Assembly: GCA_004431415.1 (NCBI GenBank)
Contig: QPMI01000487.1
Location: 1-57,591 of the forward strand
From: Cyanophora paradoxa CCMP329
Lineage: Eukaryota; Plantae; Glaucophyta
Reading direction: 5' to 3'
DNA: 57,591 bases
Positions within the stretch are counted from its first letter, which is position 1; each line of letters begins with the position of its first letter. Made by a program: the position numbers and the translations under genes. The notes beneath the pieces were generated by a model that worked only from the letters and a program-made list of their open reading frames with translations, did no database searches and was not told the DNA's origin. Below are positions 22,401-33,423 of the stretch, in pieces.

Positions 22401-25400
22401 AGGGTGAGGGTGCCTCCCTCCTTGCCGAGGTACGTGAGCGCGAGCATGACAGCCTCGAGCTCGCCGAGGCCGATGTTATATTGGACTCCACTGACACGAG
22501 CTGAGAAAGTAACTGTGGAGAGCAGCTGAGGGTTACGGGCTGCAGGGATGACAACTCCAAACGTCGTTCTGACTGTGGATTTCCCTGCGTGTCTAGTGCT
22601 CCCGTCTGTCCAGATTGAGGTCGCGAGGGCATCGGATGCTGGCGCGTGTGTAGCCTCGATCACCCGAGCTAGTGCCGCCGGCGGGTTCGTTGTGTTCCGG
22701 TGGGCCGATGGAATAAGACATGGATTTAGGTCTTCACGTCGCGCGGAGGGGAGGGGCTTTGCTTCAGCCACGTCGAGCTGCACTGCTTCGTCCTGGAATT
22801 CTTCCCACCAGGGGGCCAGCTCGAGCCAGATGGAGCGGGCGGCCCCCTCGGGTACTTCGTAGTAAATCGAGCGGGGCTGTGCGTGTACCTCGGCGCCCTC
22901 TAGATCTGAATCCGAGTCGTGCACCGGCCGCGGGGGCAGGGATCGGATTCGGCGTGGGCGGGGGCCGGAGGCTAAGCGGAAGTCTTGGCGGTTCGTCGGA
23001 AGCCCGACAAAGGCTAGCTTTTTGTTTAGCCTTGCGAGCCGTTTCTGTGCCGCAGTCGAGAGTCTTTGGGTCGACGTCGGGTTTGCAGGTGGGAGAGCTT
23101 CAGAGGCGGGCTTGTTTCGTTTGTTGAGCGCCCGTGGGGGGACAAACGGCCCGTCGGCTGCACGACGAGAGCGCTTGGAGGGATGCCCCGGCGGTCCTGC
23201 ATCAGCGATGCGGGCCACTCGTACATGGGTGGCCCATTCGTGCCATTCGCACACATCAGTAGCCAGGCCGAGGTGCTTGTGCAGGCCAGCGCTGCCGCAG
23301 TATGATGGCGCTGGACAGGGGACGAAGCAGGCCTTTTCGTCATCGGTCCCTGCGATAATTTCATTGCGTTCGCGGAGCTCAGAGTCGTCGAGCCGCCAGT
23401 GGCGCAGGTGAACCATGTAGACCTTTTCAGTCTCCGCTGTTGCCTCTGGATCAAGGTTCGCAGCCTCCGGGTCTGCTATCAGGGGCGTGGATACGACCTC
23501 GGCTAGGTAGCCCGCTGAAGTCCAGACCAGTGTGCCGGGGGTGAGCTTGGCGATGAGGGGGCTAGCGCGGACTGCTTGGCGAATATCAAGGGGACGGGAG
23601 AGGAGGGGCATGCAAAATTCTGCGCGGATCGGGCGGGGCCAGGTGGGGCCCTCCGCTTCGTCAAAATGTGCGCGTTCAGACAGTTCTTCACGTAGCCAAT
23701 CCCACCATTCCGGCTGTTTGCGTTTTGTGTAGGGGACGCGGCAAAGCTGCCAGAGCTCTGACCAGGTTGGGATGCAGACTTCGCCATGAATCTGAACTGT
23801 GATGTGGGCCATCGTGAAGAGGCCACATTCCATGAGAAAAACGCCAGCCTTGGCTAGAAGGGCGGGAGAAAGTTGGGAAGCCAAGATGAACCGACGGTCA
23901 AGTTTAGCTTCTGTCCCTGAGAGGCCTAGCACCCATCCGTTCGCTGCAAACGTCGTCCAGTTGGCGAAGGCATGATCAGACGCGGCTAGAGCCCGTGTAA
24001 TGGACAGGCACAAATGTGTGTCCTCTTGCCGGGAATTTGGTGTGAAGTTCGAGTATTCGTAGGGGAGCAGGCAGAGCCCGTGTCGGGCTTGGGTATCCAG
24101 TATGCGTTGGCGGTGGAGCTGTCCAATGAGGGAGTCCGGGAGAAAATAAGCTGTCTCGAGCCGGAGCCGCTCGTCGAGTGTCTGAGACTGGAGCAGGAGC
24201 GTGGAGACATGGCGCAGCTGGTAAAGAAGGTAGAGTGCTGGTGTACTGGTTGACTTAGCGTGGCCTGCGGCGTGTCTAAACACTTCGGACCAAACTCGCT
24301 CCAGCTGTGCACAGCGGGCTGCACTGAGCGTCATGATTCGCATCGGGTAGGCCAGTTTAGGATAGATAACGCGGTGTAAAACAGTGCGAAATTCGTCAAC
24401 GGAGAGATATTTTGGGCCGAGGAGGTGCATTGCGGTGCGTGCATGTGAGAGGAGGAGGCGAAATTGGTGCCCCCAGTCAAGCGATGCTGTGAAAAATACT
24501 CCAAGGATTCGGAAGGCATCATTTGGTTGATGGATGGTGCCGATGGGCTCGGCTTGGGGTCCCAAGCCCACTTTGATCGGTGCAAGTGTAATCGGGCGCG
24601 ATGGCCGCCAGTCCGGTCGCCAGAAAGCTACCTCGCTCTTCTTTGCATTCAGGCGGATGTTATGAATGTGTAGGAATTCTGAGAGCCACTGGAAGAAGCG
24701 CTGGAGGGTGTGTGGGGAGTCTGCAAACATCGTTGTATCGTCCGCGTAGGCCAGGATCGATAGGAACGAGCGGGGCCCAGCTGGAACTTTATAGGTCTCC
24801 CCGGGTCGCGCGGCGCCTGTGGTGCCTGGGACAAAATCACGGAGCTTCCCGGAGGAAGTACCTGGGAGGGGGCCCATGCGGTACCCAATATTGGCTGCCC
24901 GTGCTTCTTCATCGATTGCTGTGAGCACCGTGTCATAGAAGATGCGCCAGTGGAGGGGGGCTTCAATCCCTCCCTGCGGCAGGCCGCAGCGAACTTGGAA
25001 CCATTCTGTGCGGCCATGGGGCGTAAGGATGGCGGCCGTGCGGTGTCGAGCTGCGTAGGCGTGGAGTTGGATGTATGCGCGGCCAGCCGGATGCTCGTGC
25101 ATGCGTAGCCGGCGGAAGCTGGCTTCCATGCTTTCCCAGGAGACGCTGTCGTACGCGCTAGCTATGTCACCGAGGCCAATGTATATTGGTTTGCGGTGGT
25201 CATGGGCGTCCTCAAGGGCTGCGCGGACCGCGTACAGGACTGGGTCGGTAGATTCGTGTCGACGGAAGCCGTAGTTGGGTCCTCGCAGGATCTGGTGGTC
25301 TTCCAGACGGGAATCGAGCCTGTCGGTGAGGATGCCCGTGACTAGCTTCCAGAGAACTTCCTGTAGCGTGATTGGGCGGAGGGATCCTAGATCAGTAGCG

Positions 25401-28400
25401 TTGTCGCGTTTGGGGATGGTAAAGACCTGTCCGCGGAGAAGATGGTCGCATATATGGCCTTCAAGCGTGGCTTTGACGATCGCCTTTATGACCTCGCGGG
25501 AAGTGGTCCAGAAGTCGGTACTGGCCCATGCATCAACTTCGGCGTGGCTGTGCTTAAGGGTGAGAAGCTGACGATCAGCTTTTGAGAGGTGCGGGGGGAA
25601 GAATATCATTTTAAGCATGCCATTAGTGAGACCCGACGGGCCGCCGGCTCCGTCTGATGTGGCTGCAAGGCGGGCTGAGAGTTCGCGATCTTCTGGCATG
25701 TCCGTCATGCCGTCGAATGCAGCAAGCTGAACGTGTGGGAGGGGTGCATATTGGCGGATCCAGTGTTCCGCGCGTTCGGGGTGCAAGGCCAGGCGAGCAC
25801 GGATGCGCTCTGGTGTGACGGCGGCATCACGTGGGTACCAGAATCTCTCGTCGAAAAATTCTTTATATTCGGTCAGCACCGCTTGCGGCGCCGTTATGAC
25901 GTGCACGATGCCGTCCACCAGTTTTGTGAGGTACGGCTTGACAGTGCTTCTGAATTTGTCGAACAGAATCTGGATCGCTTGCCCCATCGAGGACGAGCGG
26001 GAGAGCATGTGACGTCGGGCATCGATGTCGCGGGATAGTTTGTCGGTCTGGAAGCCCCGGCGGTGTGCATCAAGAGCTGCCATATTTCGGTTTGTCCAGG
26101 AGGTTAAAGCTGCGAAGTAGCGCGACCAGCATTCTTCAGGAGTCGCACGGTCGGAGGCGCCTGGGAAAATTGGGGCAGCTTCTAGGGGGACGGGGTAGTA
26201 ATGGAATTCCGTCTCTGGGCGCTGGGCTACTTCAAAATTATGGAATTCAATCGTCTGTTCGAGCTGTGTAAGGTAGTGTAGTGGGGAGGATCTGGAGCCG
26301 TCGGCACTGTCAGGAGCTAGTGCCGGTGGGGGGCCGGACGTGTCGGCGTGGCGTGCCCAAGCTGAGAGGCATCCCTGGACCTGAAGCAGGATGCCGGAGT
26401 CCTGGTCCTTCGCTCCTGGGGTGAATATGCTGGGGGTCCGGTCGCGGCGCTGGCGGTATTGGAGGAGCTGGGCCTCACTGAGGTCGGGCGACTCGGCCGC
26501 GTATTTAACCGCTTCCACGAGGGCGTGCATGAGCGTGCGGACTGCCCGCTTGACCCGCCTAGGGTAATTTGGATGCGTCCGCTGTTGTTCCGTGGGGCGG
26601 AGGATGAGGTTGACTTGGTGCGAGGATCGGGCCAGCCAGGTCTGGACGTGCATCTTTGCCCTGACGCGCGTCTCGGCCGGTTGCGCCAGGTAGGTGAAAG
26701 CTGGGGGAAGGGGCTGGGTTTGAGGGCGTACGCTGGGGCGGACCGCGTTCCCTTCGTTGTCTAGCGAGGGGAGAAGGCCCTCGATGTTGAACGAGGTGAT
26801 CACGGGGAAGTGGTCAGAGCGGATTGCAGTCAGGACTCGGGCAGTGTAGAGTGTGCGAGTAGCCTGCATGCGCGCTGCCAGAGCTTCGGATGCAAGGATC
26901 CCGTCCAGTCGCGCAGCCGTGTGGAGGCGCTGCGGGGCTGGGGTGTCTGGGCCTTCGTTCTGGGGCCGAGCAGCTTTAACCCAGGTTATATCGCCTGGAG
27001 TACCGAGGTCGATCAGCCGCCAGTCGTGGAGCAGCGTTGTCCAGAAATCCCGCTCAGGGGCTGATTTGCGGGCTCGGGCCGTGGAGATGCGGTCGCGGCG
27101 AGGGTCATGGACCGCATTGAAGTCACCCATTAGCACCAGTTCGGTATGTTTGAAATCCTTGTGTCGCCAGTCATTCAGGACAGTTGTCGTTAAATATTCC
27201 ATGACGTCGTCTAGTTCGCTCTGGGGAAGTGAGCGATGAGGCATGTACACGTTCAAGACAAGGAGCCGCTCGGCTGGAGATTTCTGATAGAGAACGCCAG
27301 TTAGACGGCCGGGGACCGCATACGTTTTGACAATGTCGTGTTTGAATCGGTTGTGCACCCAAAGGGCCACGCCTTTGCCTCGTCCGGCCTCGTCGGCGTT
27401 GGTGGGGCCTGAAACGTAGAGAGTGCCCTCGGGGCGGATGCGGTGTATGGTGCGTACAAGTCCTTGCATTCGTGCGCCTGGCAGGCTGAGTTCTTGGAAA
27501 GCTACGAAGTCCGCGGCCCAGGTCCCCACGGTTTCGTTGAGGGCCGCTAGGAGGCGGTCTGCCGGGTCACGTAAGGTCTCGAGCAGTCCCTGGACATTCC
27601 AAGTGACGCAGCGAATCTCAGAGTTGAGCCGTGGGCAGGCCGCAGAGGGGCTGCTCGAGGTCCGGCCCCGGAGGACGAAGCGGCGCTCATCGGTCGAGCG
27701 AGGGTATATGGCGGTGTTCTGATAGAAATTAGGCGGGTACAGGTCCGCAAGCGAGAGGGGGGCTTGAGGCGGCGGCTGGTCGCTCGCAGGGGCGGGGTCG
27801 GTGCTGTCGTCGTTTATAATTAGGTCTCCGGATTCCGGGGGGTCCGCTTCGAGGTCCCCCCACGGCGCTGGTAAGGGGCCGGCGGGGGCGTCGCTGTCAG
27901 AGGAGTGAAGCGTGGCCATGTCCGAGTGCCAATCGTCGGCTGAGAGGCCTTGTTCTCCGCTTGCAGAATTGAGGAAACCGGGACGCAGCCCTGCAAAGGG
28001 GCGGCGCGCCGTTTTAGTCGGGGGCGGGTATGAGGGGCCGGCGTCGTCGGCGTCGGCCGCATTGTCTACGTCCGTGTCCGTGTCCTCGTCTTGGTCTGGC
28101 CATGGAGAGATCGAGATCTCGGGGGGTGCGCAGTCGTCGGGGTCCGAGTCGTAGGGCTCGAGATCTGCGGATCCAGACGCCCGCGGTCGGGTGTCGACTA
28201 GGTCAGGGAGTTCAGCTTCGAAATCGGCAGTGTCACGTGCGGCGAGTGCGGTGGCCATCGATGCTGCTGCCGGTATAAGCAGGGCCGCGGTCGCCGACGA
28301 CGGGCCCGCACACGTCGATTCAGGGCAAAATGCTGGGGCTGCGAGAGATGTCTCAAACAGGAGGAAGAGTATTAGCAAGGATAAGAGGCGCCTGCGAAGT

Positions 28401-31400
28401 GCGCTGTGCGTCAAGCATGCGCGGCCGACAGCGTGTGTCCGGTTTGGAGTACTACAGTGGGGCGTGATTCGGGCGGCGCTCATCGTGAAGGCTGCGGCGA
28501 GCATTGTCGCAGCATTCTGGGCATCACCAGCAATTGCTCTTGCCAGGGAGAGGCTAATGCGGAGGGGGTCCCGCAGCGGGGCCCAAGCCAGCACCGTTAT
28601 CACGTCTCCTGCTGTAAGAGGTCTCAGGGGGGGAGGGCGGCGAGGGCGTGGCGCCCGCAAGGCGGGACAGGGGCGCCGCGGGCTCCTAGGGTAGAGCAGC
28701 CTTGTGACCGCACGGGCGGCCAAGCGACGTGCGAGGAGCACGAGCGTAACGCAGGCGTAGAGGAGAAGCAAAATTGTCCAGGTTATCAGTGCACTGAGGG
28801 CGTAGGCGGGGAGCGTGAATGCTAGGAGCAGCCCGATGGCGACTGGGACGAGCAAATTCTGCGCCCTTGGCGCAAGGAGGCGTAAGCTCATCGCCGCCTG
28901 TGCAGAGGCCAGGGCGGTCGCGGACACTGCAAGGATGGCTGTGAGGCCGGCAAGAGGCAAGAGTCCGTAGAGGACTCGCGACGGGAGGCCAGCGTCCAGC
29001 TTGGAAACCGCTGAGCGTGTGCACGCGCTGGCGTGTACGGCGCCTTTCTGGAATCCGAGCGCAATGTGTCGTCGGGCAGCCGCTGCGAACAGGGAGGCGA
29101 GCTCGAGGAGAGAAGTGGCTCGGTTTAGGCGTCGGCTGAGGGCCACGGCCGCCGCATCAGTGAGTCGCCAGCGGCGGCGCCATAGCTTGGTCAGGGACCA
29201 GAGTAGGTGGTCCCAGGGTGAGGGGCACCAGTCTGCTTTGGCTTCGCGGGGCCGGGGGCCGAACCAGAGGGCGCTGCGAGGGGGGTTGAGAGTGGCTCTA
29301 ATCGTGGAGCGGATAGAGCTGCCGAGGCGCCGCAGCCTTTCAGCTCCCTCGTCGATGCCTGCCAGCGGGGCGAGAGCTACTAGAAGAAGGAGGAGACCCC
29401 CCAGGGAGAGTCCGGTCCGAAGATGGGAGGCCGCGGGCTTGCGAGGCAGGTCTCTGGGCGGGGAGAGGAGTAGCTGCGCGCGGCGAGGGGACAGCACTTG
29501 CAGGCGGAGGGTCGATCCGTGCCCGTCCTGTGCCTGCAATTGTGCATGTGAAGTCATCAAATTCATCGATATAGGTGCGTCCGCGTGGAGTAGCCCGAGC
29601 AGCCGGCTAGAGAAGGAGAGCAGGAGCTCATTTTCGAGGCTGTCCCCTACACGGGCTTGAGAGGAGAGGTACAGCAGAAGACCGTATAGGCGGAGCATCG
29701 CGGGCAAGATCTCGAGGGCGACTATATATAGAGGCGTCGAGTAAAGAGGCCGGGCAGTATCCCGGGGGCTACGGGCTTCAGGGCGGGGATGGTTGCTGTA
29801 GCTACATTCGTGAGCCGAGCAGTGAAAGTCTGGCCGAGGCCTCCGACTGGTGGTGTACTCATGCATGCGCACGTGTTTGTGCCCGCCTCGAGTTCCGGTG
29901 CCAGCGCGCACGCCATCATCCCAAAGGCCTGGCGTCGACGCCCAGGCCGGTTCTGTGAGCGTGCGTTCTAGTAAACAGGCTGTACCTAGCCCTGGCGCAC
30001 TAGAGCCAGTCTGCCTGGCATCTGGCATGTTAATGTACCGGGCTGACTGTGATTGGGGTTTGGCGAGCCAATCATGTGCGAGGGCGGACTCGGCTGGAAA
30101 TGAGTTTTTTTCTCGTCTGACCGATGCCTCCCGGTACACCCGGAACGCCGGCGAGGAGAGGGGGGGAAGAGGCGCACCCGGGGTAGGATCGAGCGGCTCG
30201 CCCGGGCGCCTGCATGTGCGCCAGCGTCGGCGGCCCTGTGCGTGTGGTGAGGCGCTCGAGCTACTTAGTAGCGCCCAAGTTAGCGTCTGGATTGCTGGGG
30301 TCCGTTCGGGCTGCTTCCGAGGCCCGTCCGCTGCAACCGCTGTCCGGGGGTCGTAGTAGCCTGCCCGGGCAGTGCATAAGTCATCTGTGCTCTCCTTGCC
30401 GAGGCTAGGCCGCACGACATGCGCATGACAGGGCTCAGTCGCAGTGTGGTGGTCATGCGCATGACAGGCGCGTTGCGACGGAGCGCACCCTCCCGCCTGC
30501 ATTGACATGTGACCAGCAGCTACGATGCGTCCGACGGGCTCTACTAGTGCCGAACGACGAGTTCCTGCCGGGGCACGCATCGCTTCGGGCGGTAGGGCCG
30601 ACCGCGCTGGAGGTTCGCAAGGTGCCGTCGAGCTCCGGACGGGCACCGTTTTCGATGCCAAGCTGAGCCGTACGCTAGCGCACTGGTCGAGGTGTGCGAC
30701 CGCCGGGGCAGGAGCGGCGGGGACCGCGGGCAGCTCCGTTGTAGGATTGAGCCGCGCGTGCGGGCGGAGGTGCGCAGCCGACGAGGCGGGAGCAGCTGGA
30801 GCACCCCGAGGGTGTCGGGCGGGCGAGGGCGACTGTTCGGGCGCTCGGCGGGGGCGCTCGGCGCTCCACGCTTCGTTCGCGATTACGGTGAGCGCCTGTA
30901 CGGTGGGCGCCGGGGCGGGGCTGACGGCTGCGCGCAGGTCCGGGCTTTCGACCGGGGGGGCGGAGCAGGCGGCGCTGGGGTTTCGGGCGGGCGCCCCGGC
31001 CGCCGCGGGCTGGGCGCGTGAGGCGGCAGGCGGAGCAGGGGTGCGGGGGCACGGCTCGGGCTTCGCTGCGGAGTCTGGGGCGGCGCTTTCCACCACCGTG
31101 AGCTCCTCGGCCTCACTGGGCGCCGAGGTTCCGCTGAGCGCAGCGCGTGGGCCCGGGGCGGGCTCCCTCGCAGTCATTGGCGGAGTGCGTGGCGTCCCCG
31201 TCGTCGCCGGGGCCTCGCTGAGCGCGACGCGCAGGTCTCTCGTCCTGGCCGGCTGGGCGGGGGCGACGGGGGCAAAGCGCGGGCCCTGGGCGGGCTCCCT
31301 CGCAGTCATTGGCTGGGTACGTGGCGTCCCCGTCGGCGCCGGGGCCTCGCTGAGCGCGACGCGCAGGTCTCTCGTCCTGGCCGGCTGGGCGGGGGCGACG

Positions 31401-31600
31401 GGGGCAAAGCGCGGGCCCTGGGCGGGCTCCCTCGCAGTCATTGGCGGGGTGCGTGGCGTCCCCGTCGGCGCCGGGGCCTCGCTGAGCGCGGCGCGCAGGT
31501 CTCGCATCGCGGCTGGCGGGGCGGGAGCGACAGGGGCAGGGCGCGGGCCCGGGGCGGGCTCCCTCGCGGTCATTGGCGGGGTACGTGGCGTCCCCGTCGC
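16498..31600 (-). CDS. ~5,000-aa retrotransposon polyprotein (ORFs 19496-31573, 18921-20111 and 16498-18525 joined by -1 shifts at ~20110-20250 and ~18960)
   Basis: The frame of 16498-18525 stays open upstream to at least 19020 (PPKSDEAAFAQ...YNDQADRLAKS...LAYRVNG). The shift at ~18960 sits in a C run. The ORF is open up to the 5' junction. Confidence 0.8.
17385..18225 (-). other. C-terminal Zn-binding region of the retrotransposon ORF (zf-RVT-like CCHC plus C2H2-like finger)
   Basis: ICPRCRLAEEDFDHIWVCP; IWKTRCDAVIAWEQEHGI; CDTCGASFASARLCLRHLATGLC. Confidence 0.8.
19340..19850 (-). other. Ulp1/SENP (C48)-like cysteine protease domain 2, catalytic residues intact
   Basis: DRVVDAFLDVL...VFFP...DHWVLLLI....SIRIYDG...PIQIDRSSCGILLL (H, D, Q, C). 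Confidence 0.82.
20500..21000 (-). other. Ulp1-like protease domain 1, apparently inactive
   Basis: HEQHVIAFLRLV...YLLLP...RHWRLALI....VIRVIDGS; the Q-x4-C motif is replaced by SWPGAEHGEDALLV (no Cys). Confidence 0.7.
22220..22620 (-). other. RNase H domain, N-terminal portion
   Basis: IWTDGS...GELEAVMLAL...LTLDS...LTWTPAH. The final N..AD.LA helix is not adjacent (candidate at 18670-18696). Confidence 0.85.
24480..25440 (-). other. Reverse transcriptase domain (non-LTR type)
   Basis: IPK...LRPITL; NYGFR; DIASAYDSV; GLPQGG; YADD (24737-24748); LNAKKS; FRILGVFF. Confidence 0.97.
26790..27615 (-). other. APE-type endonuclease domain
   Basis: TWNVQG; FQE; GVAL; NVYMP; MGDFN; RLDGIL; SDHFPV. 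Confidence 0.95.
31140..31600 (-). repeat. 132-bp (44-aa) coding tandem repeat at the truncated 5' end of the retrotransposon
   Basis: MTAREPA.GPR.APVAPA.PA..RDLR.ALSEAPA.TGTPRT.P units start at 31573, 31441, 31309 and 31177. Confidence 0.95.
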
Positions 31601-31616
31601 CGGGCATCGACTTGGT
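31601..31616 (+). repeat. Right target-site duplication CGGGCATCGACTTGGT
   Basis: Identical to 16003-16018. Confidence 0.95.
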
Positions 31617-32394
31617 GGGCGCCGGGCTGGGGGGTACGGGCTCGCGGGCCATGCGGCGGGCGGGCGCGGCGGCGGCCGGCCTTGGGCTGGCGACGGCGGG
31701 CGGCCTGCTCTCGGCCTACCAGGCGCTCTCGCAGGGCAAGATAGGGGAGGCCGAGTTCTTCGATACGTTCCGCGATCAGATGATCATGACGGTCGGCTCC
31801 TTTGGCCTGCAGACGGGCATGTCGTCCGCCCTAAGCGCCCTCACGAAAATGAGGATCGGCACGGTGGGCGGACTTGGCCTGTCCATCCTCGCGGGCGCCA
31901 TCGCGCAGGTGATCGTGGATATCATCAACGGACGCAGCGCGGAAGAAATCGTGAAGAACTTCTTCAAGTACCCCGTCGACTGGGCCGCCGACACCATCCA
32001 GTTCATCGCGCAGCTCTCGCAACAGATCTACGACTGGGGCGTCGAGACGTGGGGCGACGAGGCGAGCCAGCTGCGCAACCGAATTAATCGGCTGGAGGGC
32101 GAGCTGGGCTCCGGATTTGTGGGGGTGTACGACCCCTCGGAGGCGCGCGAAATGGCCTCTCTCTTGGCCCAGGAGCTGCGGTTAAACGAAATTAAGGAGC
32201 CGAAGGAGCTGCAGGCGTTCATTCGCGCGCTCGACAACAGCATCAACGATTACCGTACCCCCAAGGACCAGAAGACCCTGCTCGAAATCGATCGCGCGAC
32301 CGTGCTCTTCCTCTCCCAGTATATCTGCACTTTTGGAGTATTGCAATACCTTCGACAGAATCTGCGACAGAATCAGTCGATAAAATTCGACTGA
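31601..32394 (+). pseudogene. 3' half of the disrupted gene (Gly/Ala-rich hydrophobic and amphipathic helices); apparently truncated again at ~32320
   Basis: In frame with 15501-16018 across the TSD. Codon style switches to AT-rich repeat DNA after ...TVLFLSQ. Confidence 0.75.
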
Positions 32395-32702
32395 TTCGGT
32401 CGACCGATTCTGGCCCAAAATCAGTCGATCGACTGATTCTGTCGATCGACTGATTTTGTCGACCGATTCTGGCGCAGAATCAGTCGATAAAATTCGACTG
32501 ATTCGGTCGACCGATTCTGGCGCAAAATCAGTCGATCGACTGATTCTGTCGATCGACTGATTTTGTCGACCGATTCTGGCGCAGAATCAGTCGATAAAAT
32601 TCGACTGATTCGGTCGACCGATTCTGTCGCAGAATCAGTCGATCGACTGATTCTGTCGATCGACTGATTTTGTCGACCGATTCTGGCGCAGAATCAGTCG
32701 AT
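32354..32702. repeat. Three 107-bp tandem units built of TCGA palindromes
   Basis: Unit starts at 32368, 32475, 32582 (partial at 32689). Each unit contains AATCAGTCGATCGACTGATT. Confidence 0.95.
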
Positions 32703-33423
32703 CAGTTGTGTTTTATCGTATAATAATTTCACCCTTATCTGTCGATCTATTTCTTATATATATATAATATCAACTGAAATCAATTATAGCCAGTTCTGAA
32801 AAATATTGTGTTATATATAATTATACGCAGCCCTTGCTACCGCCTGCTGCATCCGTCCATATGCAGCAATCCTGGACTGGCCCAGGCGCCTTCCCGGACC
32901 CAGCGGTCCAGCATCCCAGCAGGCAGCACAAATAGCCCCCAGCAAATCCGTGTGAGGCAGCGTGGCACGGGGGGCCTAGCAAGAGTAGCCAAAGAGACTA
33001 GTACTAGTACTACGTCGGCACGTCCCCCTGCGGCCCGCGGCCAGGGCAAAGGTCTCCGGCCAAAATTGAGCGGCGCCGGCCGCGGGGCGGGCCCCGCCGT
33101 CACGGCGGGAGCTCCGAGCTCGCGGGGCCGCAGGGGGCCGCGCCCGGTGGCGGCGGCGGGGGCAGCGGGGGGCGGGCCACCTTCTCCGCGGCGCGCTCCT
33201 CCAGGAGGGCCCGCAGCGCCTCCAGCTTCACCGGCTGCGCCCCCGCCGCCCCGTCGGCCTCGGCGGGGCGGGGCCCAGCGCGAGCACCTCGAGGCGGCGG
33301 CGGGAGAGCGAAGCCCGCGAGTCGATGCGCGGGCGCGGCCTGCGCGGGCGCGCGTAAGGCGGCGCGGGCGGCGGGCGGCGGGCGGGGAAGGGCGCGGGGG
33401 CGCACGGGGGTACGCGGCCGGGC

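Larger units (their letters stand above)
16019..31600 (-). mobile_element. Giant non-LTR retrotransposon (APE-RT-RNase H type, L1-like group), 5'-truncated
   Basis: T21 run at 16018-16038 (poly(A) on minus strand), 16-bp TSD, APE, RT and RNase H motifs; the 5' end breaks inside a 132-bp repeat. Confidence 0.95.

Noticed and set aside
16512-30462. Numerous plus-strand and alternative-frame ORFs inside the LINE
   Set aside because: Shadows of a GC-rich coding strand; no independent motifs.
30525-32087. 520-aa plus-strand ORF across the LINE 5' junction
   Set aside because: Antisense shadow of the GC-rich 132-bp repeat; it is out of frame with the real disrupted gene.
32354-32702. Possible CRISPR array
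   Set aside because: Units repeat in full with no unique spacers, there are no cas genes, and the context is eukaryotic.
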